NCBI RefSeq assembly: GCF_009914755.1
Contig: NC_060927.1
Length of the DNA stretch: 64,000 nucleotides
Source of the DNA: the human T2T-CHM13v2.0 reference genome, Homo sapiens
Reading direction: 5' to 3' (one strand)
Within the stretch, counting starts at the first letter, position 1, and each line of letters begins with the position of its first letter. A program made the position numbers and the translations under genes. Below are positions 13,116 through 27,057 of this stretch, one piece after another. The notes under the pieces were generated by a model. The model had not been told where the DNA came from. It did not search any database and saw only the letters and a program-made list of their open reading frames with translations.

Positions 13116-13612
13116 TTTCTGTTACTATTACTACTACTACTACTACTTTTATGAACTTCTACCATGGTTCAACGTAACAAAAAAAGTTCATTGTGCCAGG
13201 CTTGTTGTACACTGTGCTTAGAGTTGCCACAGAAATTCAGCCAGGTATAGAACTGTTCCTTCATTCTTTGTCTTTTTACCTTCCCCAACCTCTCACTCTG
13301 CCCTCCCTTCTCCATCCGCAATTATGCCTCCTTTCCTATCCAATACCACTTCTTGTGTTCAAATTCTCCAATGACCCCTACTTTCTATGTTCTATCTCGT
13401 GCTCAGAGGCCTTCAATAGGGACTTTGAGAATAGAAATCGAGAAACGGCTCAGAACCACAAGAGACCAGGAAAAAAATGACCCAGAATGCATCTCTCTTA
13501 CTTTCAGAAGAGAAGCACACTGAGCTACATCACTTATCAAAGGGAGCACTCTCCATCATGCTCAGTTGACATGTTTCTTTTACTGAGGCTTTGATTTGTG
13601 ACTAAATAATTA

Positions 13613-13950
<338 letters not shown>

Positions 13951-14774
13951 ATTCCTAGGCAGAGTTTCAGCAATACATGTCAATAAAGACTTGATTTGAC
14001 TAAAATTACCAAGCTATAGAGGCACAAATTTCTTTTCTGTAAGGCAGATAACAAATTAAGTTCTTTCCCCTAAAGTCGTGAACAAAGATGTCTTAATGAC
14101 TTACAACTCGGCAAATGTTTGCTAAACAGTCCATTTTGTAGTTCTGTCATCTCAGGCACATTTTTCTTTCAAATGCTAATATGCATTTAGGGACTATGAT
14201 TGAGATCAATACTCCTTTTCAGGTTCTCATTTGAGTTGTTGACAATTATCAAATAGATTCAAAGGCATCCATTTCTACCATGCTACACTAAAAAGCCATC
14301 TTAAAACAAACCAGTGAACATAAATCAAACACATTTATGGATTTACAGTATCCTTTTTGCACACCAAAGGCACTGGCAAAAACATTCCTACCAAGTTGGA
14401 GGTAGAAGAACAGATATCAAAGCAATTATAATATTAAACACACAAAAGCTACACAGACATCTGATGTTGCCAAGATTCTCAACACCGAAGTTATTATGCC
14501 AAAGAAAACCAAAAGAAAATCTCAAAACTAGCAATTTGTAAAACAAGAATGCCAATCAACTTCAATAAGCTCTGGGCATGCATGTATGAGACCACAAAAT
14601 GCTACATTGGACAAATGTTAGGGGCTTGTCTTGAAACCACAGAAACAAAAACACTAAACAGCGGGACTGGGAGTAGATTCCCAGACAGCCAGCTGCGTGC
14701 AAGTGATCTGGTCCCAGGGAGGGTGGAGCCACCTTTAAAAATATACCATGTGAGCTTAAATAAAAAAGAAAGAT

Positions 14775-15127
<353 letters not shown>

Positions 15128-16112
15128 TTACGTCCTCATTAAACGTGTTTGTAATGTTTGTCCTGAGGTACATGGACACATTCTTTCCAAATGCAGTTCC
15201 ATCTAGCCTGTGTGTCACTAACAGTGCCTAATGAGGCCATCTCGCTGACGAGCTGAAAATGGCAAGCCACCTGGTAGACAGACTTAAACAGCGCTCAGAA
15301 TTTAATGGGCAATCTTTTCATCCCTGAAAAGGAAAGGTTACAAGGACCGACCTGCAGGGTTGCCTTTCCATGGTGAGCATGAATAACCATACCAGTTGTT
15401 AAAATATTGAAATACTTATTGACACGTAGCCATTTCTCTGGCACCTTCCCTGAGGCAACCCCACCATCACCAAAGGGTTAATTCATGGCCTCCAAAGGGT
15501 TAATTAAGGGGTCTCCAAAATCCATTTCTAGCACTATAGCCAGTATTGGTTGGTAATTTCAGGAATCTGTACCATAGTATTTATTAAATAGCCTGAATAT
15601 TAAAATATTTTGAATATGTACCTGACTATGAAAGAACTTCAAGTTTCCTTTTCATTCCCTGTCTACTTCAAGGGTAAGAGGAGGATAAATCCATCAACTA
15701 GGACCTTATAGAGGTAAATGTTGCTTTATAAGATCCCAGACAAATTAGATAAATATCTATTTCTTTTAGGATGGGATGGAAAGGTAAGTGGGAGTTCCCT
15801 GCCCAGGCCTCTGCTGCCAGGGCTCTGAAGCTGAAGTGTTTATATACCCTGGTCTGCCTACAGATGTCAGCTCCTGAAGGGCAAGAACTACATCCTATTC
15901 CCTGCCATGCCCCTAGTTCCTAGCCCAGTCCCCACAACAGTGCCATTATTGTGCTAAATGAAATAGTTCAGGGCTGCTACCTGTCAGTCTTGAAAGGCAA
16001 AGGTTAGGCTGGGTGGCAAGTTAAATGTTCAATAATTATTTTTATTAAGTAGCCCTTTGTACTTTAAATTTATATTTATAAAATGTTCACTGTTTCTGTT
16101 TAGCTAATCACA

Positions 16113-16300
16113 CGTGGCTTCTCCACCAAGGACATTACTGTGTATCCCTCCACTACCACCCTTCCACCAAGAACATCTGGAAATGTTTGGGGGCATTTTT
16201 GGTACTACGGGTATTTAGTGAGTGAAGGACAAATGTGTTCTATGTGTGATTCAGTTCTGTACCACAGAGAATTGATCCAACTCAGATGCCTCAGAAACAC
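16113..16300. mobile_element. MER5B/MER20-like hAT MITE remnant
   Basis: acatctggaaatgtttgggggcatttttgg...cacagagaattgatccaac. Confidence 0.5.
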
Positions 16301-16984
16301 GGATTCTCTAATGAACTTAACTTTTCTAGAAAATGAATTTCTTAATGAAAACTCTCTCCAGTTTCCTCACTCTCTTTTACCTGTGTCTGGACATCTGGTC
16401 ACAGGCTAGGTGTTTTCAGTGTCTAAATTATATTCCTCATAGATAGGCATGGATTAGTTACCTCTAAATGATTCCTCTTGCAAATCTATGCCTGTGAAGT
16501 TGGCAGCCTGGGGTGATAATTAAAATATTTAGTAACAAGCACCAAGAAATCAGAAGAGAGGTCTATGTAAATTAAGGGACTAGACTTTCTTCTTGCACAC
16601 TGGTTATCAGCTATAGGAGTGGCACCCTTTGGTTAAAAGGCAAGATGTGGAATGTGGAGCCACTGGACAGTGGAAGGCAAGGGCTCAGGGAAGTCACATG
16701 CTCAAAGGAAACATCCATGGGCATATGATGGCATATTATGGTAACCAACTCACTGTCCAATGGGAGGACCACTCAGATGAAGAGTGAGGTCACTGAGCCA
16801 CAAAATAAAGCTGAGTCATTTGGAACTTTTGGGTCTATACTGATTTATTAAAAGCATCTCAGGTAGGGTGAACAGGATCCCTTTTACTTGAGTGGCAGAA
16901 GAAATAAAAATTGAATGATGAAGGTCACCATAATTCATTAAGAACACTTAAACCTAACCCTTATTATACACTACCTTAAGTGAC

Positions 16985-17135
16985 CTTCCCCAAAACCTTT
17001 TGAAGTAGGAATTATTTTCCCATTTCACGGATGAGAAAGTCAAGACCCAGAAAGCAAAATATCTTTCCTGAAGCCACAATATAAATAAGCAACAGTGTCT
17101 GAAATTAGAGTCCAGATACAGTCTGTGGTCTTTTA
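16985..17135 (-). mobile_element. MIR SINE
   Basis: gaagtaggaattattttcccatttcacggatgagaaagtcaagacccaga. Confidence 0.75.
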
Positions 17136-17719
17136 TGAGTGGTGAAAAGAAAGGAAAGAAATGGAGAAAGAAACAGGAGAAATAAGGAAAAGAAACCAAG
17201 GAGGTATTCTATAATGTGCTATACCTGTTTGGAAAGTAAGCAAAATTATAAGGAATAAGAGAAGTAAAGTAAGGCTTTCTCCTCTATTTTCACTCCCAGG
17301 GGAATTCTCTTCTTTTTTTCCCAAAGCCAATGGCAGCTACACTTTCCTCACCAAGTTCTCCCAGCTCTAGGTCCACAAACCAAGGCAGATCTGTACCTTC
17401 TCAGAATTCCTTGAAGGCCCGAAGTCTGTGTCACATAAACTAGGTTTTGTCAAAATCTCACCCACCATTCAAACGCCACCTACTTCTTAGTGTCTCTCCT
17501 TAGATGTCCTCTTCTCTGCCCACTCTGTGCCATTTTATGGCCCCCTCCGCCTTTCCCAGCTGCAGTACCCTCACTCCCACTGGGACTTTGTCTTTCTCAT
17601 GGTGACGTTTCCGCTGAATGCTGGCAGATGGATTCTCTTTGGGGGAAATTATGTCTGTAAGCATAATGTATCGTATCAAAGTATAAATGCTATCAGCATC
17701 ATCACCACCACCACTGACT

Positions 17720-17880
17720 TAGTATCAGCCTCGTACAGTGTGCCAGGCACTATGCCACATCCTTTAGGCCTGGTTGAATAATCTTCATTCCAACCCTATG
17801 AAGCAATGACTATTATTACTGCCTTTTACACATGTGAAAACTAAAGCTTCAAAAGATTACATAGCTTGTCTGGTATCACA
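17720..17880 (-). mobile_element. MIR SINE
   Basis: gtgtgccaggcactatgc...aatcttcattccaaccctatgaag...ttttacacatgtgaaaactaaagc. Confidence 0.75.
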
Positions 17881-18749
17881 CATGTCTCTTTCTCTTTTCG
17901 CAGTCCACGGAGAGCAAACTAGCAACCTGTAAATACTTAGTGGAACATAATTCATTCATCCATTTGCTCATTTGTTGGTTCACCCATTCATTACATGCCA
18001 GACAGTTGATAAACAAAATAAGAATAAGTCCCACCCACTGCCCTCTAAGCAATCATAGTCAAGTGGGAGTTTGACTTTCCCCCAAACAAGCACTTAGTAG
18101 AAGGTGCAATAATGGGGGAGGTTCAGGTCCCTAAACAGCTCAGGGACCAGGCATCCCAAAGGAGGTAGATTCAGGTGGTCATGAGTGTTTTCCCTGCTAA
18201 AGTCCCTGGCAATGGGGTCTTCTGGTGAATGTCCCCAGTTTGTAGAATACTCAGGGCAAGAATGACTTGCCCTTTGGTACTATCCTGTGTCCTCAGCAGC
18301 AGAGCACACAAGAAGTCCACATCACTCCTGTACCAGCCACTGTCACCTCCAAGAGTTTGCTTTGTAGTGATCTGAGGGCCCAAGCTCTCACTATTCTACG
18401 CAATTATAAGTAGAATCCTGCAGAGAAACAAAGTCCCCTTCCTTATTTTTACAGAGGATTGTTTGTGGCACTTACAAGCAGCTTCAAATGAGTACACAGG
18501 TTTTATTTCCCTACAGACTTTAACAACATCCTGCCATGAGATGAAAATCTGGTAGGCACTCCTGAAAATCTGCCAGCTTGCAGCTACATTCCCTTTAAGG
18601 CTTAAACATATTTGGAAAATAAATTTTTTTAAACATTTTTTTAAAAATTCAATACTTCTGCTGTAGAAAAATTGACCACCAGAAATCAAGCTTCCAAACC
18701 TGGTTTTATGAGTTACCTGTGGCATAACCATGCCAGATGCAAGACCTTT

Positions 18750-19110
18750 GCAGCAATTATTTTCCATGCATCTACAGAGTTCAGCCTATCTAGGCTGCAT
18801 GCCCTCACACACCTGGGGGTTGGCTGACTACGGCTCAGTCTGGCCGGTCTACTCTGCTCTACTGCGTGTGCCTCTCATTCTTTCCCTGGAATGGTCAGCT
18901 CACTAGGCACATCTTTCTTGTGATGATGGGGGAGTGGAAGAGCGAGAGCAGAAGTATGTCTGCACTTCCTCAAGCCTCTGTTTGCCTCAGGTTTGCTGAT
19001 ATCCTATTGACCAAAGCAGTCCCATGGCCATGGGTGAGCTCGGAGTCAGAGTGGGAGGGCAACACAAATAGCATGGACAGGAGGAGCAAGGAAGAATCAG
19101 GGTGACTGAT
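18750..19110 (-). mobile_element. MLT1G/H-type MaLR LTR remnant
   Basis: caagcctctgtttgcctcaggtttgctgatatcctattgaccaaagcagtcccatggcc. Confidence 0.7.
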
Positions 19111-19315
19111 GTAATAAGAGACCATGCTAGTCCTGGTAAATTAGAGAGACAGTGGCCATATGCTCTAAAACCCACAGTAGGCTCGACTAGGATTTTTATG
19201 TTCTTCCAGCTGAAAAACACATCCTGGGAAGAGCAGTCTAGATGGCAAAAGGTGGACATTTCTGAGATGTGTTGCTGGTGTATTCCAGTTGATACATGAG
19301 TCACGTGGAAAAATA

Positions 19316-19953
19316 CAGTCAGCCATTCGTATCCGTGGGTTCCATATCTATGGATTCAACCAACTAAGGATCAAAAACTTTTTTTTAAAAAAACCCAATA
19401 AAGGCCAGCATGGTGCCTCATGCCTGTAATCCCAGCATTTTGGGAGGCCGAGGCGTGCAGATCATCTGAAGTCAGGGGTTTGAGACCAGCCTGGCCAACA
19501 CGGTGAAACCCCGTCTCTACTAAAAATACAAAAATTAGCTGGGCACAGTGGTAGGCGCCTATAATCCCAACTACTCTGGAGGCTAAGCCAGGAGAATTGC
19601 TTGAACCAGGAGGCAGAGTTTGCAGCGAGCCGAGACTGCGTTATTGCACTCCAGCCTTGAAGAGTGGAACTTTGTCTCAAAAAACAAAACAAAACAAAAA
19701 AGGCGATAAAAATAACAATACAGTAATAAAAATAATACAAATTTTTAAAATGCAGTATAACAACTATTTAGATGGCATTTACATCATATTAGATATTATA
19801 AATACCTCAGAGATGATTTAGAGTATGTGGGAGGATCAGCATAGGTTATAAGCAAATACTATACCATTTTATTCCATGGACTTTAGCATCCTCAGATTTT
19901 GGTATCCCCAGGGGTCCTGGAAGCAATCCCTCAAGGACACCAAGGAATGACTA
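19316..19953. mobile_element. Tigger3a/MER2-family TcMar element interrupted by an Alu
   Basis: TIRs cagtcagccattcgtatccgtggg ... cctcaaggacaccaaggaatgacta flanked by TA; internal cagtataacaactattta...gagatgattta. Confidence 0.88.
19403..19701 (+). mobile_element. AluS inserted in Tigger3a
   Basis: Full dimer with (AAAAC)n tail. Confidence 0.95.
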
Positions 19954-20111
19954 TATTTATAAACTGGGACTGTACTGAGAACTAAGAGGGATGTCACCAA
20001 TAAATGGAAATATTAAAGTACCTCCAAACAAAGGTTGCACATTTCTTACAAAGCTAGAGTAGAGTTTATTTACTGTCTATAACTGCTTAAAAACAGAAAT
20101 AGCAACAATAA

Positions 20112-20378
20112 TTACAAACATTTATTCAGCAATTATTATGTCTTGGGCATTGTGCTAAGCACGTTCTACCCGTTATTCCTCTTAATTTTCACAATAAAAC
20201 TATGTATGCGTACTCTCTCTCTCTCATATGTAATGATTATATCAATTTTACAAATGAAAAGACTGAAGCCAGTGGTTAAACAACTGGGCCAACAACTCAC
20301 AAATAGTAAAAGGAGGTGTGAGGACTTGAACCCAGGTCTGTCTGGTTCCATGCTCTTTACCACTCTGCTATACCATCC
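20112..20378 (-). mobile_element. Near full-length MIR
   Basis: acatttattcagc...gggcattgtgctaagcac...ttttacaaatgaaaagactgaag...ggacttgaacccaggtctgtctgg. Confidence 0.85.
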
Positions 20379-21612
20379 CTCTCTGTAGTCACATGAGCCT
20401 CAATGGGCTTGTCATGCTGCTGTCTTTATTTATAGACAATTCCAGAGCTTCTGAATCCTCTTCAGTTACTGACAGAAAGTCTATTCTGTCTAAAAACGCC
20501 TACATTTTACCCAATGCCTGACTAGTCTAATTTAGCGTTTCTTCCATTTGTACATTAACTAAGACAGTTTCTAGGGAGAAGTTAGGACAAGACTCAAGAC
20601 ATGATGTCTGATTGGCTACTGCCAATCTATGAATATAAATCATGCAGAGAGGAAATCAACAAAGCTCCAAGGAGCAGAATGGAGGGGAAAAGAGCCCAGC
20701 ATTTGGCATCAGACATCCTCGGTTCCTTTTCTGTAAAATGAGACTATTCATTGATTATATCCCAAATATAAATTAATATAAATTGATATATAAATGTATA
20801 CCAAAATTTAAAATGTATTCTTTTATTCTGTATATGTGTACATTAAAGTGAGCTGTTGCCAGAAATTACTATTTGATGTAAGCTGTACCACATATTCTGT
20901 ATCAAATTCTTCTAAGATTTTCTAAATCATTTGTAGATTTTGAGATGTATTGGCACATACTTTTGTTTGAAACAGTTGTCACTGGTAAGTGATGCCCCTT
21001 CTGAACCATAGCTGGCATAGGGAACCACACTAAGTTCTTTCAACGACATTTCATCAATAGCCATCAGGACCCTGGATCCTGGCACTTTGTTATGACTAGA
21101 TGCTACTGCTGCATCCTGGCCAATGACCAGGTATCAGCTCTTCCCACATGACCTGGATTGTAGGGACCCAACCTTGGCCTCTACTGACATTCACACCACC
21201 ACCCCCTGCTCTGCTTCCTTCTCTGAAGCCCCGCCCAGTGCTAGCTACTCTGGAACAGTGGGCAGGTGCTGTATTGGTCCCACCTCAGTCCACTCAGCCC
21301 CTAGGGACCTATCACCCTCTCTGTTGGTGCTACTCCCAGGATGTCTTCACCACCACATTGCTTTGGTACCAAAGTCAATCAACAGCATAACCACAGTACA
21401 GCTATTCTGGGGCCCAGTGACTAAATCTCAACCCTGAGAAATACTTGTTTTTGCCTGCTGTATAGATTCCTGTGTTGTTTAAAGGAACTAATGTGTGAGA
21501 AAATGTCTTCTAAAACAAACAGTAAATATTGCCTTAAACATGATTTTTAATCACCAAATGTGCATTTGATAAAGCATAGAAAATTCGAAATGTTAGTCCT
21601 TCATTATTCTCT

Positions 21613-21730
21613 TGGTGCAGTGGTGTGCAGCTATAATCCCAGCTAGTGGGGAGGCTGGGGAGGGAGGATCACTTGAGCACAGGAGTTCAAGGCCAGCCTA
21701 AGCAACATAGTAAGACCCCTTCTCTAAGAA
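21613..21730 (+). mobile_element. FLAM (fossil Alu monomer)
   Basis: Single arm ...gaggatcacttgagcacaggagttcaaggccagcctaagcaacatagtaagacccc. Confidence 0.85.
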
Positions 21731-22069
21731 TCTGCAAAGCATGTAAAATAAATGAAAAGGGCTAAGCTTGTTAGCGCACTACTACTGTGTGAGGCAGAGT
21801 TCAAGTAGTTAATAGAAAGGGGTGAAAATAGTCCTTCACAGCCTGCTTGCATCATCTAATAAGGGCACCACTCCCAGGATAAAGGTCTGTGTAGTAAATG
21901 TGAATATTTTCACTAGATGTGACAGTCCCAAGACCTCCACTCCTGTTGATGCTGTCCCAGGACAAATGGGGATCTCCTGAGTGCAAGAGATAGATCATAT
22001 CAGGACAAGGCCTTTGAAGTTCATGGGAATAGAAAGGCAGATGGTATAGAAGAGCAGTAGAAAACATTC

Positions 22070-22525
22070 TATTCATCAGGGCCCTCTACAGAAACAGAAC
22101 CAATAGGCGATAGAGACTTGGAGAGATGGAGATAGAAATAGAGGTAGAGATATATAGAAAAATATAAGGAATCAGCTCACACAATTATGGAAGCTGGTAA
22201 ATCCAACATCAGCAGAGTGATTCAGGAGACCCAGGGAAAGCTGATGGTCCCATCAAAGGCCAGCAAGAGCCAATATTGCCACTGAACTCCAAAGGCAGTC
22301 ACAGCTGCGGAATTCTCTCTTACCGAGCAGAGGGTCAGTCTTTTTGTTCTAATCAGGCCTTCAACTGATTGGATGAGGCCTACCTACATGGTGGAGGGCG
22401 ATCTGCTTCACTCAAGTCCACTGATTTACATGTTCATCTCATCCAGGAGCACCCAGAATAATATAGGACCAAATATCCGGGCACCTCAAGGCCCAGCCAA
22501 GATGACACATAAAATTAACCATCAC
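22070..22525 (-). mobile_element. MLT2 (ERVL) solo LTR
   Basis: cagaaacagaaccaatagg...ggccttcaactgattggatgaggcc...gatgacacataaaattaaccatcaca (reverse complement of the MLT2 5' end). Confidence 0.9.
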
Positions 22526-22874
22526 AAACAGCCACAAATCAGGCATAGCTTAACTGTCACTGGTTGCGGATTAGTGTAGAAGTTTCCATGTTCCATGGGT
22601 CAAGAAAAGTCCAGAAGACTTAAGAATTCTGGAGATTTTACAGAGATGAATTTTCTAGCACAAAGAAAACTCCACTAAAAGGGGTAGGGGGTTGAAGGAT
22701 AGAGAAAAACCACAGGGGGAAACCATTAACAGATAATGAATCATCATCTCAGCTTAACAGCTCCTGCTGCTTCCTCTCACAAAATAGCATCTTTGCCAGG
22801 CAAGGTTATCTGGGAGGGGAGGATTCACTCATAAAAAGAAACGCTGGAACCAGGACCTCTAACTGTGTGTAGGG

Positions 22875-22888
22875 GTGTGCGCGTGTGC

Positions 22889-22932
<44 letters not shown>
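22875..22932. repeat. (TG)n microsatellite with GCGC interruptions
   Basis: gtgtgcgcgtgtgcgc followed by a pure (GT)n run. Confidence 0.97.
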
Positions 22933-22934
<2 letters not shown>

Positions 22935-23014
22935 AACCTCCCCAGCAGAATATTTAACCAAGGACACATTTTCCCCTGCTCTAATTCCTTAGCCGTTCCT
23001 CCTCCTCTGTAAAT

Positions 23015-23180
23015 CTTCTAAACATTGCAGAGCCTCAGGCTTTGAGCCGGCCCTCAGTGCTAGCTCCATTCTCTCCTTAAATGATCTCATTCACAGATTT
23101 AAATACCATCAATATGCTGATGATTCCTGAATTTATTTTCCCCAGCTCAGACCTTCCCTACCAAAGAGCAATTTCATATG
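23015..23180 (+). mobile_element. L2 ORF2 fragment
   Basis: taccatcaatatgctgatgattcc encodes the YHQYADDS RT motif; aatgatctcattcac upstream. Confidence 0.7.
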
Positions 23181-23368
23181 GTATGGCTTAATATAGCAAC
23201 CAATAAAAAACCTCTCACTCATATCATTTTTTTGCTCTCTTTAAAATGATTCCTTCTAGTCATATGATTTGTAAACCCCCCCAAATCATTAAATAATCAC
23301 CCACCGCCATGTTATATATAACCTGTGTGGATCAGTGATGAGTTCAGACGCAACCTAGGTATACTCAC

Positions 23369-23448
23369 TGGTATTTCAGAAAGCATGGCTTTCTCACTCC
23401 TGCCTCTATCCCACTTCTGCTAAACAGCACCCAGCATCCAGGGCCAGG
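23369..23448 (-). other. Candidate spliced exon (80 bp)
   Basis: Minus strand: branch-like CTAAT, then ctttttatattctctcatacatccccAG; donor CCA|gtgagt. Confidence 0.3.
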
Positions 23449-24044
23449 CTGGGGATGTATGAGAGAATATAAAAAGATTAGAAACCTGCTCAGAATAAGT
23501 CTTCTGACAGTTGGTTCATGCCTGGGAGAATAAAACTTCCATCTAACAAGACTGACCACCAAAAGTTCTTTTGTTTCCTTTTTGGAAATTTTTTAAGAAT
23601 AAGGGACAAGTCAGGTCATTTTGGTGAGTTTTATTGGGAAGAACAAAATGAAATTAATCTCCTTGGTATAATTCAGTACATTCACAATTCGCCTCTGCAT
23701 TTCATGGAAGAGCAGAAGCATACGCTCAGTGGCCAGGCTTTCAGAGCCACTAACGCAGTTCCCATTTTAACATTCCTAGGGAACTGAAGCAGGTTACTGC
23801 TAAAATTGGATGAGGCTCAGCGTCTTAACATTTATGGATGTTAAACCAAGCCAGTGCTGGGTTTCCAACATGCCATAGGCTCGGCTCAAGGAATTTTAAA
23901 CCAATGACAAAAGCATGGGCCTGCTTCCTTGTCAATAACATCAACACCTCCACCCCCAGACAATCCCACTGCCATGGTAAGTCTGGCTTTAGTGTTTTTG
24001 ATTTTATTTTGTCCCAAGCCTAGAGAAAATGGGGATGGTGGAAG

Positions 24045-24250
24045 CTATTTAATCTCAATGTCTTTGTTTTACAGATAAACAAGGTAAGGCCCAGAGAAGT
24101 CCAGTATCTTGCTCATGGTCACACAGCAAATTTCTCAATATCACTATCTTAGTCTCCCCATCTGTAAATGATAACCACAAGCTGATCTCCCTTGTAGGGT
24201 TTCTGTGACTATTAAATATTGTGTCAGACAGACTCAGCACAAGCCTGACC
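24045..24250. mobile_element. Two abutting MIR fragments in opposite orientation
   Basis: ttttacagataaacaaggtaaggcccagagaag...ggtcacacagc (antisense), then cttagtctccccatctgtaaatg...tagggtttctgtgactattaaat (sense). Confidence 0.6.
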
Positions 24251-24279
24251 ATAAAAAGCAAAACAGATGTTTGGCATTA

Positions 24280-24639
<360 letters not shown>

Positions 24640-25769
24640 GATTGAGAAATCAGCAAGTCTTGCTGCAGTGTGTTCAAATGTTCCTACCACCATGCATATT
24701 TGGTTTAAAAAAAATCAGAAAGGCTACTCTAAAATTAACCCCCTTCTATCTTTGAACTTCACAAATGAGACCCAACAGTGGGGAAATAAGAAGAGGGAAA
24801 TCTCCTGTTCAAAAACAAAATGGCCTTTCCTACAGACAAAAGATGGCTTCTAGGATGGCAAGGGATTTGTCTCCCCTTTATGAAGTCAGCCTAATTAAAG
24901 AAACTTTTCTATCAGTTCTTCAATTAAATACACATCTCCACAAAGGAAGCCTTGTTATGCATGAGAGACTGCCCTCTACTGTGAATTTTCATTAGTGCAG
25001 TAGGTGTTGGTTTGGAGACCTGGGGCAGGCAGGGGATCTGAGTCCAAGAGTCTGGAAGAACCTGTGCCAGTGGAGGACACTGACTTGTTCTTCCAGCACT
25101 GTCCCCACTGAAATGGAAAAGGGCAACCCTAAGGGTTCTCAACCAAATGAAGAATTCTAGGGGTGCAGCTGAGATAGAGGAGATGTTGCTACAGACTGAC
25201 ACACACATCCCTGCTGTCTCAACCTTGAGGCCAGTTAAGGGCTCACAAGTAGAATAAAGGCTAATCAGCCCCATGAAGCATCCCTAAATTTCAGAGAGAT
25301 AGCAACTTGTTACAAAATACCAAAGTGGTAGGCTTAAGGAAACAGCCATAGGCATATGAAAATAAGTCTGCTCCTCTTCCCATATTTAAAAGTGGTTGGA
25401 AAATTCTTAAAGATAACTCTGCTGTTCTGATGTCTCTTATGGTGCAGCGACCCAGGGGAGGATTTCAGACTGACATAAGAAAGAATGATCCAGTGGTCAC
25501 AGCTGACCAATGATTATGAGCTTCCATCTCTCAAGGTAATCAAACAGATTCTGGATGATTCCTTAGGGACGGAGAGAAATCTCAAGATTCCAGCTCCAGA
25601 AGGAGAGTTAGTCTACATCAGTGGTTCTCAGAGTTTGAGACTTCACAGATCAGAAAAACATCCAAAATAATTTTGGGAAATTACATAGGGTTTAAAGACA
25701 TTTATAAAAATGATTATTTAATATGACTATGACTTCTTAGAAGAAGAGAGTGTTTAAAGCACATTTAAT

Positions 25770-26108
25770 GGCCAGGCATGGTGGCTCATGCCTTAATCCC
25801 AGGACTTTGGGAGGCTGAGCCGGGTGGATCACTTGAGCTCAGGAGTTCGAGACCAGCCTGGCCAACGTGGCAAAACCCTGTCTCTACTAAAAATACAAAA
25901 AAAAATGAGCCGGATATGGTGGCTGGTGACTATAATCCCAGCTACCTGGGAGGCTGAGGCAGGAGAATAGTTTGAATGGGGAGGCAGAGGTTGCAGTGAG
26001 CTAAGATTGCACCACTGCACTCCAGCCTGGGTGACAGAGTGAGACTCTGTCTCAAAAAAAAAAAAAAAAAAAGAAAGAAAGAAAAACACAGGAACAAAAA
26101 CAAAAACA
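25770..26108 (+). mobile_element. AluS with long A/GAAA tail
   Basis: Full dimer. Confidence 0.96.
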
Positions 26109-26444
26109 GGCATCATTATTCTTTACATTGAATGAATGGAGATGAATGCACTTCACAACACTTAATCTTCACATTTTGTTAAAGTGATCCAACAAAAATA
26201 TTATAACAGAGCAGCACTTGCTTATCCATTACCTTTGCAGAAACTTTCTTCAATAGTCAAAAATGTTGATAAAGCTATCTTCATGTTGGAGAAAAGAAAA
26301 GATCCCATCCAATCCGAGTGTTTGCATTTGAACATGTTTGAGCATTTGGAATCAGCAGAGCAGAAGGTTTTGAGAAGGGGCAGAAACAGCACCTGTTGTC
26401 TTACCTTCCTGCTCCTGGAGAAGACAGTGCACCATGCAGGGCAG

Positions 26445-26607
26445 CACTCCCGTACAGGATATCTTAACTTGGGCCTTGTGGTTTAACTTAAGAGACTCCC
26501 TGAAAACTGAAAGCTAAATTAGGTGTAGACTACACTTGTTTGAGCATGTGCAGAACTTCCAACAGGTTCACAAAAGGGCCCATGAACTCAAAAATGGAAA
26601 GGCGCTG
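26445..26607. mobile_element. MER103C-like Charlie MITE remnant
   Basis: cacaaaagggcccatgaactcaaaaatggaaaggcgctg terminus. Confidence 0.45.
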
Positions 26608-26647
26608 ATATAAAAGGATGAATTCCAAAATACATGTTATTGGAACC

Positions 26648-27057
26648 TGTAGTAGATTGCAATACTGGTCCCAATTTTCACATCTCCCTGCATCCACACC
26701 TTTACTCATCGTGGCTATCATTCATGGAGTATAACTACCACTCCTTCCTCACCTTTGACTTGGCCTCATGACTTGCTTTGGCCAACAGCAAATGGGTGGA
26801 AATGACAACGTGCCAGTTCCAAATTTAGGCCTTTGGAGGCCTCATGTTTCCCAGCTTGCTCTCTTGTGCCTCCATCCCTGCCAGAAGGTGAGCACACCCT
26901 GGGTGGTCCCAGGAAGAGGATGAAAGATGTGAGAAGCACAGCCACTCGGCCAATCCACAAACTCACAAGTGAGAAATAAGTGCCTAGTTTTGCACACCAC
27001 TGAGATTCTGAGATTAGTTGTTACACATCCTTACAATGGCAATAGCTAACTGATACA
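26648..27057 (+). mobile_element. MLT1H-type MaLR solo LTR
   Basis: tgtagtagattgcaa...tgacttgctttggccaacag...gtgccagttcc...ggcaatagctaactgataca. Confidence 0.88.
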
